63,917 bases of DNA, filler included, from Perkinsus chesapeaki ATCC PRA-425 (GCA_013115145.1; 11 parts of 11 records of this genome joined end to end with filler, not necessarily neighbours in it), one strand, 5' to 3'; counted from the first letter of the whole stretch, positions 43,794 to 56,553 are shown. A program made the numbers and translations. Notes: generated by a model from the letters alone, not told the origin.

Positions 43794-46700
43794 GCTCGAG
43801 AGATACTCCAAGACGAAGAAAATGTGAAGCCGGTGCGATGCCCCGTAACAGTTGTTGGAGATATCCATGGACAATTCCATGACCTGCAGGAGATGTTCCG
43901 TATCGGTGGTTGTAATAAAGAAGGGGGTGGTAGACAATAATGTCGATACTGAAGGTTTGCTGCGAATGCTTCGTGGAAATTTGTGAAATCTATCCCGAGT
44001 TGGGGAAGATATTGAATTGTTGGAAATAAATTGCTGCTGCGTAAGAATGAGTGCAAATACTTTCCGGCAAGAGACTAGGGAAATGATTACCATTTCGGAA
44101 CACACCGAAAAGGGGTTCGCGATAAGTCCTTATAATAGGATTTCAAGCGATATAAACTGTATAATGGATGATCAATAACTTGTGCACATTACAGAGAGAT
44201 ACTTTGTGTTAAGAATGTACCCCATTATTAGCTATATAGCTCTAAAATATATAGGTGCTGTATAGGAATGCTATATAATATAGCATTCAAAGATATATAT
44301 TAGAAGGTTTAGGTATGTATAGGTATATAATAGAAGGTGTAAGTAGGCTAGTGTGTAGGTATGAAGGGTAATACAGCAGATATGATTTTTATATAGAATC
44401 ATCAGTGTTGATTCAACACCATCTATCTATTATAGGGACGCATGCAGAATGGGGAATAACTATGAAGTAGATTTCATCAATCTACTATATCTTTCTGTTT
44501 CTATAATATATGATAGACTGAATGCGTAACTATTGTAGTGGAAATGTTCCGTATTGACGGAAATGGCTTGAAAGGGTGATCATCGCGTTCATTGTCGCAT
44601 TTCGCAGGTTTATCCCATTTTGTATACGATAAATGATTCTCGAATGGCTTTACCTTAGAGAGCTCGTTACTGTTAATATAAAATATTTCCAATGCGATAC
44701 AATATTCACAAGTGGAGTGGGTTAACATTACGTGTGTTTGTTGCAGTTCCCCCGGATACAAATTACCTATTCTTGGGTGACTACGTTGATAGAGGATACT
44801 TCAGTGTGGAGGTTGTTAGCTTGTTATTGGCTTATAAAGTGAGGTGGAGCTCACTCTGAGCTTTTAAGTATCTTGCGTGGTTCAAGGTTAGATACCCCGA
44901 CCGAATTACTATACTGAGGGGCAATCATGAGTCGCGTCAAATTACGCAAGTTTATGGATTCTATGATGAATGCCTGCGGAAGTACAACACTGCGAATGTG
45001 TGGAAAATGCTTACCGATGTAAGTGGAGAATTTCGTGGCGCGTGACGGTGGTGTCAGTTATTCGATTACTTCCCGCTGACGGCGTTGGTTGAGAATTCTA
45101 TCTTCTCAATGCATGGTGGATTATCTCCGAGTATTGATAGCTTGGATGATGTTAGGCAGATTGATAGAGTGCAGGAGATACCACATGAAGGTTATAATGG
45201 GGGAAACATTGAAGGGAAAAAGGGGAAACATTGAAGGGAAAAAGGGGAAACATTAAATGGAAAAAGGGGAAACATTAAAGGGAGAAAGGGGGGTATGCTT
45301 CTTTCCCATGGCTTCCGCATTCTCCTCATAAAATCTAGGAAATTCTTGAAAAAATACTTTCAATCGGAGAATTCGGGACGTAGAAGGTTCGGGGCCATTC
45401 ACTGTTTTCATCGTCTCAGCAGTTGTCGACATCACTCAGGAGAGATACCTGTTTTATCGAAATTGTTTTCTCGGCGAAATTTTTGAAATCTCGGAAAAAT
45501 TGATCATCATGTTGAATTTGCATTGGCCTTGGGATTTGTGCAATCTCTGGAAATTTGGTATGAAGTGGTAGGATGATTATTTCCTGATAAAAAATCGACT
45601 CCGTAGTGACCTCGAACTGGTGACAGTTATTGTTAGCAGAGAGATGACGGGCGACTCCCATCACTGTTGGGAAACCGAGTTGGACTATGACTGGTTTCAT
45701 ACCGACTTTTCCCCCATGGCGGAAGTTTTGCTGGTGCCATTTCGAATGTATTGTGATTGCTTGCAAAACTTGCTCGACCGGCATACCGACATCTTCGGGG
45801 GGTCTCCTAGTGCCATTTCAGAAGTTACCAGATTATTAAGTTCTTCAAGCAGTTTGCTTGCAAAGTTCGTTCATACCGACTTTTTCTCTGATCAGGCCCC
45901 ATGTGTGATCTTCTTTGGTCTGATCCCGATGATCGTGGTGGATGGGGGATATCACCGAGGGGAGCTGGGTATACGTTTGGTCAGGATATATCTGCACAAG
46001 TAAGCTGGGAAAGATGATATCAGACAACTATTAGTAATTGTCAACTTTTTTAGTACTAGGAATTTTCTAATAGGAAATACCCTTGCTTTTGTGGTAAAAA
46101 GTGACACATTGCCGCGGATTTGCCGGGTTACGTGCGCTCCTACTGTGGTGAACGTCTGGTGATCGTCTACCACTTTTTCGGAAATCTACTGGGCGTTCCA
46201 CATTGCAACTTTCAGTCTGTTCTGTGTGTCCACTAATACGCAACTACTAGCCCGGATCTCTCAATCCGAACGAAGGAGTATTCATGACAGGATGTCATGT
46301 AGCATCACGTAATCGATCGACCATTTCACGTACATGCCAGACCAGTTATATCAATACTTATATGTACTTATAGTATATATTGCTCACATTTTTTCCCGTT
46401 TTCTCCCATGAAATCGGTTCATCATGTTCACTTTTCATTTCTTAGCTTTTCTTTCGTTTTCAGTTCAATCATCACAACGCGCATCTTTAGATGTCGCGGT
46501 AAAATACAGTACGCGACATCTGAAGATGCGTAAAATTCGTAAACGTTTTTACGAAATTTTTCCAGCGGGTTTATTTGTTATTTTGCAGCTTCTTTCTTGT
46601 TCTCAGTTCAATCATCATAACGGTTTAAAGTTGGTCGCCAGAGCTCACCAACTTATTATGGAAGGCTATAACTGGAGCCACGAGAAAAATGTTGTGACCA

Positions 46701-47459
46701 TTTTCTCCGCGCCGAATTACTGTTATAGGTGAGGGTTCGGGAGTTTCTGTCTGGGGTGATGGGATCTGGTTGCTCAGGTGCGGCAATCAAGCGGCTGTGA
46801 TGGAGCTGGATGAAAATATGAAGTAAGGACGATTAAATCCTTGCTGGTTCTTGGGGATATGCTAACAACATAGGGAGTCGCAGAGGAGCAAATTGCCTTG
46901 CCAGTTTTCTCGCCAATTCGCTGTGGGAACACTCTTTTGTGCACTAGATGGGCCCCTGCACAATATGCGTATTCCATATCATCCGCATCTCTAGATCTAG
47001 ACTCTAGAGGACAATTTACTCTTGGTAGAGTCCCCCGCTATCTCCTTACTCCTTTCTTTGCTGGAGTATTGAAATATGAGATCTTAGTAGAGTCTTTCTG
47101 GACATTTTGCATGTAGGCGACGTTGTTAAGATGTAATTGCTCGGCTTTTCTTATCGGCCAAATCGGTTTGTTATAGAACGGTTTTCTCATGATCACCGGA
47201 AAGTTCGGCTCGAAGGGAATTATGTGATCAGCATATTAGTGGAGCGCTTGCTATTCGTGAGAGTGAAAGGAATCATAATTTTCGGGATTCGATTTCGCTC
47301 CCTGGTGGAATTTCAGATTATGGTCTGGTAACCTTTGTGCTTCTCCTGAATGGTCGGTTTGTATGTCTCATTCGCAGATACACCTTCCTCCAATTCGATC
47401 CTGCCCCGAGACGTGGCGATCCAACTACAGTGCGCAAACTGCCCGATTACTTCCTATAA
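43794..47459 (+). CDS. PPP2C: Serine/threonine protein phosphatase 2A catalytic subunit; first exon missing at the gap
   Basis: Exons give [63 protein letters not shown]|CGNQAA (PP2A rather than PP4) and the tail LPDYFL*. TAA at 47457-47459. Confidence 0.95.
45199..45292. repeat. 22-bp intronic tandem repeat, about 4 copies
   Basis: GGGGAAACATTGAAGGGAAAAA units. Confidence 0.9.
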
Positions 47460-49169
47460 AAATAAGGCGCAAACTGACGCTTTGAAAGCTCGTCAAACAT
47501 CAGTCGTTTCGGTTATCAGTAAAATATAAAAAACTTTTGATGTGTATAGATAATATTTCAAGATTTGTGTCTGTGATTTGTTGTCAACAGTGGGCCGTAC
47601 AATGAAAAACAGGGAAAACGCGGAACTATCGTGAAGGCAATTATTCAGCAAGAGCTCCTCTGTATCATCACACGGTCTCAGCGACGGGGCTACAAAGTCG
47701 ACGAATCAAATTTAAAAGACACAGAGCATAAAGTATACCGCCTTCTCATTGGTGCGTTACGCAATAAGGAACTCTAATGGATCTATACAGGCCCGGCCTG
47801 TCAGGCCGCCATGGAGTCGCCTGCCGGTATGGCGGCTGCAAGAGATACCATATTAGAAGAATTAATTTCAGAACTGTTTCAATAATGTTTTGATAAAACA
47901 TGAATATTGGCTTGGAAGGGTATACGATAGTATGCCGGGTGCGCACCGCACCCGAAAGACTAATGCCTGAGCACACAATCCCACCACAGCGCACAACGCT
48001 NNNNNNNNNNNNNNNNNNNNNNNNNNNNNNNNNNNNNNNNNNNNTTAATTAATTAANNNNNNNNNNNNNNNNNNNNNNNNNNNNNNNNNNNNNNNNNNNN
48101 GCGTGCAACTCCTTGTGATATGCCGCTAAGATACTTAAGCGCGCTACTGTATCATACTAGCACCTTTACTTAAGTTTATAAGTTAGTTACAACTTCATTA
48201 ATCACAACCACTATAGTTGTGTTCTTAATATTGGCACACAGACGCGGGGAGCGGTCTTCTTACTCGCTGATCTGCCAGACTTAACTCTCCCAAGAACTTC
48301 AGCCAAGACCGGACTGCAGCTGCGACGCAGCTGCTGCGTATGTTTTTGCAGTCCCACTCCGACATTAATATCACTAATGGTTCCCGAATTGCCATACAAA
48401 GTAGACGCAAACTACAATCTTTTTCCTTTCCTCTCGCAGACAATAATCATTGCTGAACAATGGGGCGGCTCGATGACGGAAAAAGACAATGTAGAAGAAC
48501 AATCTCCCAAGTTTGATATAACCAGGTCGTATCAAATCTTCCTTGCTGTTCAATTCCGTGCTTCGAGCTCCCTCTCCCATTGTTAAGCTAGTTCGCGGAC
48601 GAACAGTTAGGATTTTATAATAACAATAACCGTACGAATAATACTGAGTATTATGAGTATTAAATACTGATAGAATATAAACATTGACACACTTTCACAC
48701 CTTCATGATTTAGTTCCCAACAGTTTGAAACTGTTAAGCAAGTTCGCCAGTATCACCACCCTCATCTCAAATTAAGATTCTCAGTACTATAATCTCCTCG
48801 TATATCAATATCCCTCGTCGGCCAGTGATCAATGCTGAGCATTGAATGCTCACCTTAGCCTACCACACTTACATACTTACCACACACTAGTTAGTCCCCA
48901 ATAAAAGGTTATGTTAGGGATTTCACTTCAATCTGGTGGAGTTTACCAGCTACGCCAAATTTTGACACTTACTATAGCGTGATCCACTCGAGTCAAGCTA
49001 TTTGACAGAGTTAACATGACTCATAATACTTAGCCGACTATAGATTGCACTCACTTGGTGCCTTAACTGCTCAGGAGGTCGCCTCGACCAAGGTGATAAT
49101 CAACGTTGCACTACAGCATTTCCCGGTCATGTTTCCGACATGTGTACTGTTATTTCCGAGATACCGCAG

Positions 49170-49315
49170 GCAAATATCCGGCGCGTCACAATTATTTCCG
49201 ACCAGCACCCATTTATCCGATTCGGTCATGTGCAATATCCGACGAATACGGTCATTCTAATATCCGCACAATTCGTGCATCTCAAATATCCGACTATCAT
49301 TCAAATATCCGATAG
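49170..49315. repeat. Cluster of six (A/T)(A/T)TATCCG motifs
   Basis: AATATCCG(A/G/C) or TTATCCGA recurs about every 18-37 bp. Confidence 0.6.
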
Positions 49316-49591
49316 CCTACTTTCCAATGTCCGTGGGCGCGCGCTAATCCACGGGAATCTTCTTGAAAGCATAGCGGAGCGTTGCGGTGGTGAAATCGAC
49401 GAAAGATCAAGAGAGTGAAACACCCGATGCCCCGTCACGCACGCGCAATGTTTCGACACAACGTGTCGGTCGCATGCGTGCAATATCTTAGCGACGCCGA
49501 TCGATATGACGAGCACGAAGCTGTTGCCAACAACCATGTTTCACGCGGAGCAGAAATGTACCGCTGGCATAGGTTGATTATTTTATGAGTC

Positions 49592-50497
49592 TGTTATGAC
49601 TGAACTCTAGGGACTAGTAGTCCCGGACTACGGTGTAAGGGTCTGTGGACCCGGTGCGGCCGAGAAATCGGCTGCCCCAATTACTAGTGTCTGATCGGCC
49701 AAAGCCGACGCAGGGTTCATCGTTGTGAGAGTGCGAACTTTCGCTGATGGCCCTAAGTGGTAAACTTATCGCCCATGGTGACAGAGTGATATGATTTCAT
49801 TTGACGTTGCTTCGTGGTTGAGCGATTGACCATGACAATGTTGTCCGACGGTCTCGGCTCAGGACATTTGCATGAGTGCCTAAACTGGGCAGTTCGACCG
49901 TCCATAGTTCGGTGGCCGTTAGAGGTAGCGAGACATGGAAGAGTGAAGTTGCTTTGTTCTTACCAGTTGAGTTATTCAGTGCATAACAAATCAGATGAAA
50001 CTTCTGTCATGAGATCTGCGATGAAAAGAGGGATAGTGTGTATCTTGAGAAGACTCGCAGTCTGAAGTTGTTTGACTATGTCAACTCCTGCAAGCGGTGA
50101 AGTCGCTGATACAAAGGGTGACTCGCTTACCTGGAACATCTTGCTAAGCCTTGGAACACCTCCAAACGCTGCTGGTCTAATTTTTGAGGCGGTGACAGCT
50201 GCCGGGTTAGACCGTTTAGAGTTCCTGGCCAAGATTGGCGATGATGATTGGAAAGGTATCGTCAAAGATTACTGTGAGGGTCCTCCAATTGGACCGGCTA
50301 CTCAGCCACTCGCTAATTCCACGACAGCAGAGTCGTCACCTCCCTCTGGGCGTGCACTTTCGTGCGCCCCAAAAATATCTCGCCGCGCCCCACGTGTATC
50401 CTCGAATCTGTCAAGGTATAGGGTGTCGAGGACAATACCAAGTGTAGATATCACAGGTATAACTTGTAGAAAACGCGAATCAAAACCTTGCACCTAA
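49592..50497 (+). mobile_element. Possible LTR retrotransposon 5' end (TG...CA, PBS-like TGGTGACAG, gag-like ORF 50072-50497)
   Basis: TGTTA at 49592, GCCCA ending at 49775 and followed directly by TGGTGACAGAG. The downstream ORF is of unknown family. No second LTR. Confidence 0.3.
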
Positions 50498-50992
50498 TAC
50501 GCACTTGTACGGGGACAAGAAGCGTCAAGTTAATACGAATAAAACGTATACTTACGTACACGATCCGTGCACTTATACGAGTATATTGCAGCACCTAAGC
50601 TATAGCTAGCCTAGCACAGCTCAGCCACAAGATACGTTACTCAAAGTCGTCACAATAATTGTCTACCTAATTCGGGCCAAAGGTTTTCTAGGCGCGTGAC
50701 GGAGCATGGCGCGTGACGAACGAATTCATCCCACAACACCTCCTCCCCGCAAAACGTTAGCACGGATAAGTATACAAAAGCAGCAAAGAATACAAAATCA
50801 TCATCATCATCATTCTAATTATTCATCATCTACACCAACAAGACATAGTGCAAGTCACTCATAACGGGCCGAACTGAAGCTATCATTACTGACCTTCTCG
50901 TGAGCGGATATCCTCATCCTTCTTGGACCAGCGTTCTAGAACGGGCCGAGCAATATCCTCAAAGTTACCGGAGACCTGAGATCAGCCATAGT

Positions 50993-51781
50993 TCAAAGAA
51001 TAGCGCTCTGATCCTCGAAGAATCTCCAGGCCGAATGAGACTCGAAACACTCATGATCGATGAAGAAATAGGGAAAAATGCCGAGTCGACCGCGATTGGC
51101 ACGGCCAGGTAAAAATCCCTGATTAGAACAATGACCTCCACTAGCAAAATGTTTGCGGATACTGTATATCTGAGCCTCAGCAGTCAACCCAGACGTACTA
51201 ACCACACACGTGCAAACATCGCAGAAATAGGCGAGGTCACGTGACAAGAAGAAACCACACGCATACGCCCTCAGGGCCAAATCGTCCTTTACGGAGTCGT
51301 CACGGGCCGAATCACAGCAGGGAACATCAACAATGGACTTGTTGAAAGCGGCAACGGAACATAACTCCACAGAGGCGTCGTCCCAAAGGAATGGCTGACC
51401 CCATGACTCAGCTAGCACCTCATTTCTGACCCAAGGGAAACCCCAAGAGATCAGAGAACGTAGAGCACCACTGACAGAGCGGGCCGAAAACCATTTCGGG
51501 GAGAACTCAGCAGTACTTCCAGGGGCAACATTATATAGCTGACCATTGCGATCGTGCAGCTTACGGGTACGACCATCATCACCAACCACAGCACGAGGAC
51601 GACGATTCACACCAAGACCAACGAAGTCCTCAGAGGAGTGGTCATACTGACGGGCCGAACGAGGCGTAGGCGGATCTTCTTGACGAATAGTCTCGAGGAA
51701 ATGATACATATCACTTCCACGATTCTCGGGTCTAACACCCAAGATCACTTGCAGCGAATGCAGAATACCGTTTGACGACAT
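50993..51781 (-). CDS. Intronless orphan protein with a C-terminal C2H2 (matrin/U1-like) zinc finger
   Basis: ATG at 51781. Motif YFCDVC-x19-RKHFASGGH. 262 aa. Confidence 0.6.
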   Translation of the reverse strand: MSSNGILHSLQVILGVRPENRGSDMYHFLETIRQEDPPTPRSARQYDHSSEDFVGLGVNRRPRAVVGDDGRTRKLHDRNGQLYNVAPGSTAEFSPKWFSARSVSGALRSLISWGFPWVRNEVLAESWGQPFLWDDASVELCSVAAFNKSIVDVPCCDSARDDSVKDDLALRAYACGFFLSRDLAYFCDVCTCVVSTSGLTAEAQIYSIRKHFASGGHCSNQGFLPGRANRGRLGIFPYFFIDHECFESHSAWRFFEDQSAIL

Positions 51782-52371
51782 CAAATAGAAGCCTGAAACG
51801 CCAATCAAAAACCAGCTCGAGGACCAATAACCTACGGGCCGAAGGCGGTTAAATGCGAATCAGCAACGTCGGATCGGGGAAAACGAACGGTTTCAGATAC
51901 AACCAATTCACGCGCCGCACAACTGGCACGGTTGCACGCATGCACACAATGTGCACGTCACGCGAATTACAATTACAAAATACTGAATTAATACGGCCTC
52001 TACTGTATCATCCGAAGGTAGACACAGGAGTCCTAATCGAAAGGAACGATCCTTGACAAGCGCTTACAACAATTGTGCACAAATATAACAATTTCGCGAA
52101 ATTAAAATTAGCACGCGTGTACAGGAGACAACAGCATTGTCTACATAAATAATTACACAAATTCAACGGTCAAACTCACAACTGTCAGGCCGAAGAAGAG
52201 CGAATCGCTACACACACACAAGATACGTATCATACAGTCAGCTAGCCATTATGCGACACAGAGCAAGCTGTNNNNNNNNNNNNNNNNNNNNNNNNNNNNN
52301 NNNNNNNNNNNNNNNTTAATTAATTAANNNNNNNNNNNNNNNNNNNNNNNNNNNNNNNNNNNNNNNNNNNN

Positions 52372-53738
52372 TCAGACTGTGAAGTAGTAGAAGAGCCACG
52401 AGAATATTTCCCATCACTGGGAGACTGCAATTCACTTGTAGTAAAGAGGCCTTTAGAAGCCTCAGGAGAAAACCATGACCGGCCAGAGGAACTATCATAA
52501 GGTTTGGAATCTTGGTCATAACGAGACCGTTTCCTACCATGCTGATTATGGCGAGATGCCTTAGCATGCTTCTGAGGGAAGGAAGACTTTTTGTTGCTTA
52601 ACTTCAAGAACTTGTCCACAGTAGAGTATCCACTGCGCTTAGCCAACTTAGATAAATCGGACATGAAGGTATCGGGGTCGCCAGTCTCGGCACATTCAAT
52701 TTTGTTGATAAAAGCCGCGAAGCCGAGATCAGCATCATCATAAATAGGAGTGGCCCGCAAAAGGGCGCCATATAAAAGACGACGAGTACACCACTTCAAA
52801 GAAATACCAGACGAATGGGAGGCCAGCCTAGCATGGATACGCCTCTCTTGTTCAACAGTTCGAACCATACTGTTACCACGCTCAATGGATTGAGGTAGAG
52901 ATGCCCAACGCTTCAAGAGATAAAGAGGATGCCTAAGGTTAGGAAGTTCCAGCTCCTGAACCTCTTGCAGGGTTACCTCTGCCTTATCCAAAATAGACTG
53001 ACAAACGGCGACGAACTTTTGATACAATTGACGTAACTTCTCGCTAGTTGACGATGATGACGATGATGCAGATACCAGTGAAGACCCATCGGCTTCAGCA
53101 ACTACAGGAGTAAAGTCAAGTTTCTGAATATGCATCCAACAGAGTACATCAGATTTTAGACTGAGCTTCGTCTGGTCAGAAGACAACGCTTTAGCCAACA
53201 GGGTTGTCTTAATAACATCGGCAACTGGTCTTGGTAAGAAACCGGCATAGGCAAGTAGACGAATCGGAGCAGTGCTTCCCACACACTCTGAAAGAGATAA
53301 TGACAAGGCCCTATTAAAGCGCTCATAAGTAAACTTATGACCATCACTCTTAGAATCAACAGCATTCCACAGTGTCGGGTCGTAGTAGGCGTCTCGGTGC
53401 GGCGGAATCTTCCAGGCAGAGCTGAAACCAGAAAGGCTAGCACCAATCTTAGAACCATTAGTCCCAATAAAGAAAAGATTCTCTAACGCGGGTGAATGAA
53501 TGGCAAATCCGAGAAGTTCCTCGCAAACTTTCAACGGGGACAAACCAACCAACTCACTTAGGGATGATGATATTTCGCTTCCATCATCCTTAAGGGTAGA
53601 ACGGGCTGCATCACGCAAGGCCGAAGAAAACATTTCAGGAGGGGTTTTAGAGAAGAGGAGCCCGGACGGTGCACCATGCTGTTGATCGCCGGTTCCCCCT
53701 TCCCCGCTAACTCCTGGAACACTAGAACTTGTAGACAT
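52372..53738 (-). CDS. Intronless orphan ORF of at least 455 aa, possibly retroelement gag/ORF1; runs into the gap
   Basis: Long stop-free ORF with helical middle and basic/Ser-rich C-terminus. No catalytic motif recognised. Confidence 0.65.
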
Positions 53739-54890
53739 TACGAAACAGTAATACAGTAGATAAGTAGAGAGTTAACTAGCCAGAGACATAGCAGAACGCA
53801 CAGCTTATCATCTTAGCGTTAACTAATCGATCATACGGGCGAACGCCATCTACACAATGGGGAATGAATAGGTTTGCCGATACGACACGGGTCAACGGTC
53901 ACGGTGACATCGGGTGCACTCCGCTAAGTTTTGTGTTAGGGTTAATGACGACAATACCAGTTACTGTCCAAGTTCTATAAGATAACGCAAGCCAATAACC
54001 TTAACNNNNNNNNNNNNNNNNNNNNNNNNNNNNNNNNNNNNNNNNNNNNTTAATTAATTAANNNNNNNNNNNNNNNNNNNNNNNNNNNNNNNNNNNNNNN
54101 NNNNNATGCATTAGATATCTCTTCAAGTATCGCTCGCCCAAAGATATTGCACAATTTATGCGCAGTGCGACGCATCAAGTACAGCGCGTGGTGGGCCACC
54201 ACTGGTGGCCCAGATTACAGTAAGATTCTTAGCGTTAAACTTTTCACAGCGAAACGTTTTAAAAGAAAACTGACACCTATCAAGACCGTGCCTTCAGGTC
54301 GAGAGTTACGTCACGTGTTCGTGACACGAAAGTGTGACCATCGGCGCAAATTGAAAGATAGGTTATAGGCGCTGATTGATAGAAGCTCCATCATTAAGCT
54401 TCTATGCCAGCAATGCCAGATTGCACTGTGATCTTGCGAGTGTCACAATGTCACGATGTAAGCCAGTCTTACAGTGTGACTGACAGTGCCTGAATATCTC
54501 ATGAACATGGTGCTTTTCTCAAACTCCAAAATAGTTTTGACACAAGAGTCTTGTGACAAGACTACTCGACGGATTTGTCAGATACAAATTCCCTTTATTC
54601 AGCTTTAACCAGCTCTCGAAATTGGCTTTGAAAACCAGTGCCAGAGCCGGTTTTCTCGAAAGTTTGATGAAAGTCCTGATCAGCCACCGAGATCCTTTCT
54701 CATTCTGAGTCCTCCATTCTTTTTATCGAGGAAGTTCACACGTCCCGGAGTTGTGGAGGCCGTTCTTCTAGGAGTCGCAATTTCACCAAGTCTCGCTCTC
54801 GCCCGCCCGGCACCGCAGATCTCGATCCTCTAATTTTCAAACGAGGGCCGTTTTACGCTGGAGGGTCACGAGTCGTAGATCGTGAGTCCC

Positions 54891-54957
54891 TGACGTATAC
54901 TGGTATAACTTATACCAGTATACGTCACTTTAAGTTTACGGTATAAGTTATACCGTA
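54891..54957. repeat. Twin palindromes sharing core GGTATAA(C/G)TTATACC
   Basis: 18-bp arms 54891-54927 (centre C) and 10-bp arms 54937-54957 (centre G). Confidence 0.95.
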
Positions 54958-55371
54958 TAAGCGATTATTTGTGGGTATGGATTATCAAAATATAAGGGGG
55001 CCCTATAGGGACCTCGGAAGAGCTGTTGATAGAATCACGAAGAAGTAGAAGAGCATATCCTCGGGATATAATTCTGCTCTTTCCATTCCCGGAACGAATA
55101 GAATCGTTCACGGCGGACATTAGTTATGATAAATGCGGAAATTTTTATCTCAATGAATGTAATTGGTGGCTACCAAAATAAGCCTCGTATACACTTTGCT
55201 CGTGCCCGTGCCTGCAGGCTTCGGTAGGAGTGTGGGCGCCAATGTCAGTCACATTATGTGGCACATTGAATGTGTTCGCGTTACGCGAATCGCGTATACT
55301 ACTGTATGCGCCGTATAGCACTGGAGTTGGACTATGCATTGTTGAGAGAACCTCCAAAGGCCGCCCCTATG

Positions 55372-55510
55372 TTTCCGGGTAATGCCGGGTGATGACGGGG
55401 TGCCCGGTTACTGCCGGGTAAGTCCGGGTAGCATCGCGGGCTGCCCGGCGAATGCCGGGAACTGCAGAGTAAAGTTGCGGCCCGCCCGGCAGTTGCCGGG
55501 CAGTTGCCAG
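55372..55510. repeat. Degenerate GC-rich CCGGG array, about 11-bp period
   Basis: About ten CCGGG/CCCGG motifs in about 140 bp. Confidence 0.7.
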
Positions 55511-56130
55511 TTGTAATCATCCTTCCAGATCGTCAGCCACCCAGAGCAATGCCCAGTGAGCATAACTCAGTATGAAATTGAGATCTCCTCGAAACTTCCT
55601 TTAAACGTTTTCATCCAAAAGTCGAGGGCTTCAGTTTTTGAAGAGCACTGTTTTGCGTGCTCAAGGTTTCCAGTGATTTCCAGAGACTCCGTGAATTTCC
55701 GGAAATCTATGAAGTTTTCACGGAACTTCCCGCGCACGCATGGAAGTTTCCGTTTTTGATGAACCCTGCCCTAAAAGAAGTGGCACTTAACACGACAGTG
55801 CTCTCGAGTCGAGACTCTCGACATGCGCTCGTGACTGTGTCACCGTGACAAGTGGTGGGAAAGTGTGACCGCTTAGGAGAGAGTGCGTGAAGGAGAGGAG
55901 CGTGAGTGAACCGCCTAGAACCTATTCCGGCAGGTGGGAATAGAAGTTTGCGAAATCATCAATGCTAGCTGAGCTTACGTTGCACAGTGAGTTGGTACCC
56001 TTACTGATTGAGGATCATCGAATATTGCATATATTGTGGTGCAAACTCAAATTCCAGGTAACAAATGTTCGCGAAACCTGTCGTACGAAAACTCTTCTCG
56101 TACTCTTGAGCCTTCAAGGTAATTTTGGAA

Positions 56131-56553
56131 ATGAAAGTTATCCATATCTACATCGTGATGCTAAGTTGGCTGCATGTAGCAGTGGGTAAGCCTTCCCCCC
56201 CTAGTGGTAAATATTACAACAAGCTCAATGATGCTCTTTGTGTGGAAACTAGATGGGTTGATATGATGACCGAAGATCTATATCTGTATGTGCGTTGTGG
56301 CGGTGACGAGGTATGGTCTCTCGAGTTGCTAATGGATATGCCTTCACCCAATCGATACAAACTTGCCCCCTCAAGTGAGGATCACTTTAAGTTGTTTCTG
56401 AAGGATATGGGAGATTTCTGTCGAAAACGTGTGGAGCTGAAAGACGATGATTTGCGCATCTATCTACATGATACAAAGGAGAATGCACTTGATACGAAGT
56501 TCCAGGGTGTTTCCCTAACTCTTGCTCCAGGATCGTGCGAAGATGCTGAGTGA
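56131..56553 (+). CDS. Small secreted protein (140 aa), P-x-G-x-Y orphan family, 4 Cys
   Basis: Signal peptide MKVIHIYIVMLSWLHVAVG, then PSPPSGKYY. Intronless. Confidence 0.8.
   Translation: MKVIHIYIVMLSWLHVAVGKPSPPSGKYYNKLNDALCVETRWVDMMTEDLYLYVRCGGDEVWSLELLMDMPSPNRYKLAPSSEDHFKLFLKDMGDFCRKRVELKDDDLRIYLHDTKENALDTKFQGVSLTLAPGSCEDAE

Noticed and set aside
51090-51125. NQGFLPGR in the zinc-finger ORF as an RT motif
   Set aside because: No other RT motifs follow and the ORF ends about 35 codons later.
54891-54927. loxP or protelomerase telRL identity for the palindrome
   Set aside because: Only ATAACTT is shared with loxP, the spacer geometry differs and no cognate enzyme is nearby; kept only as an unexplained palindrome.
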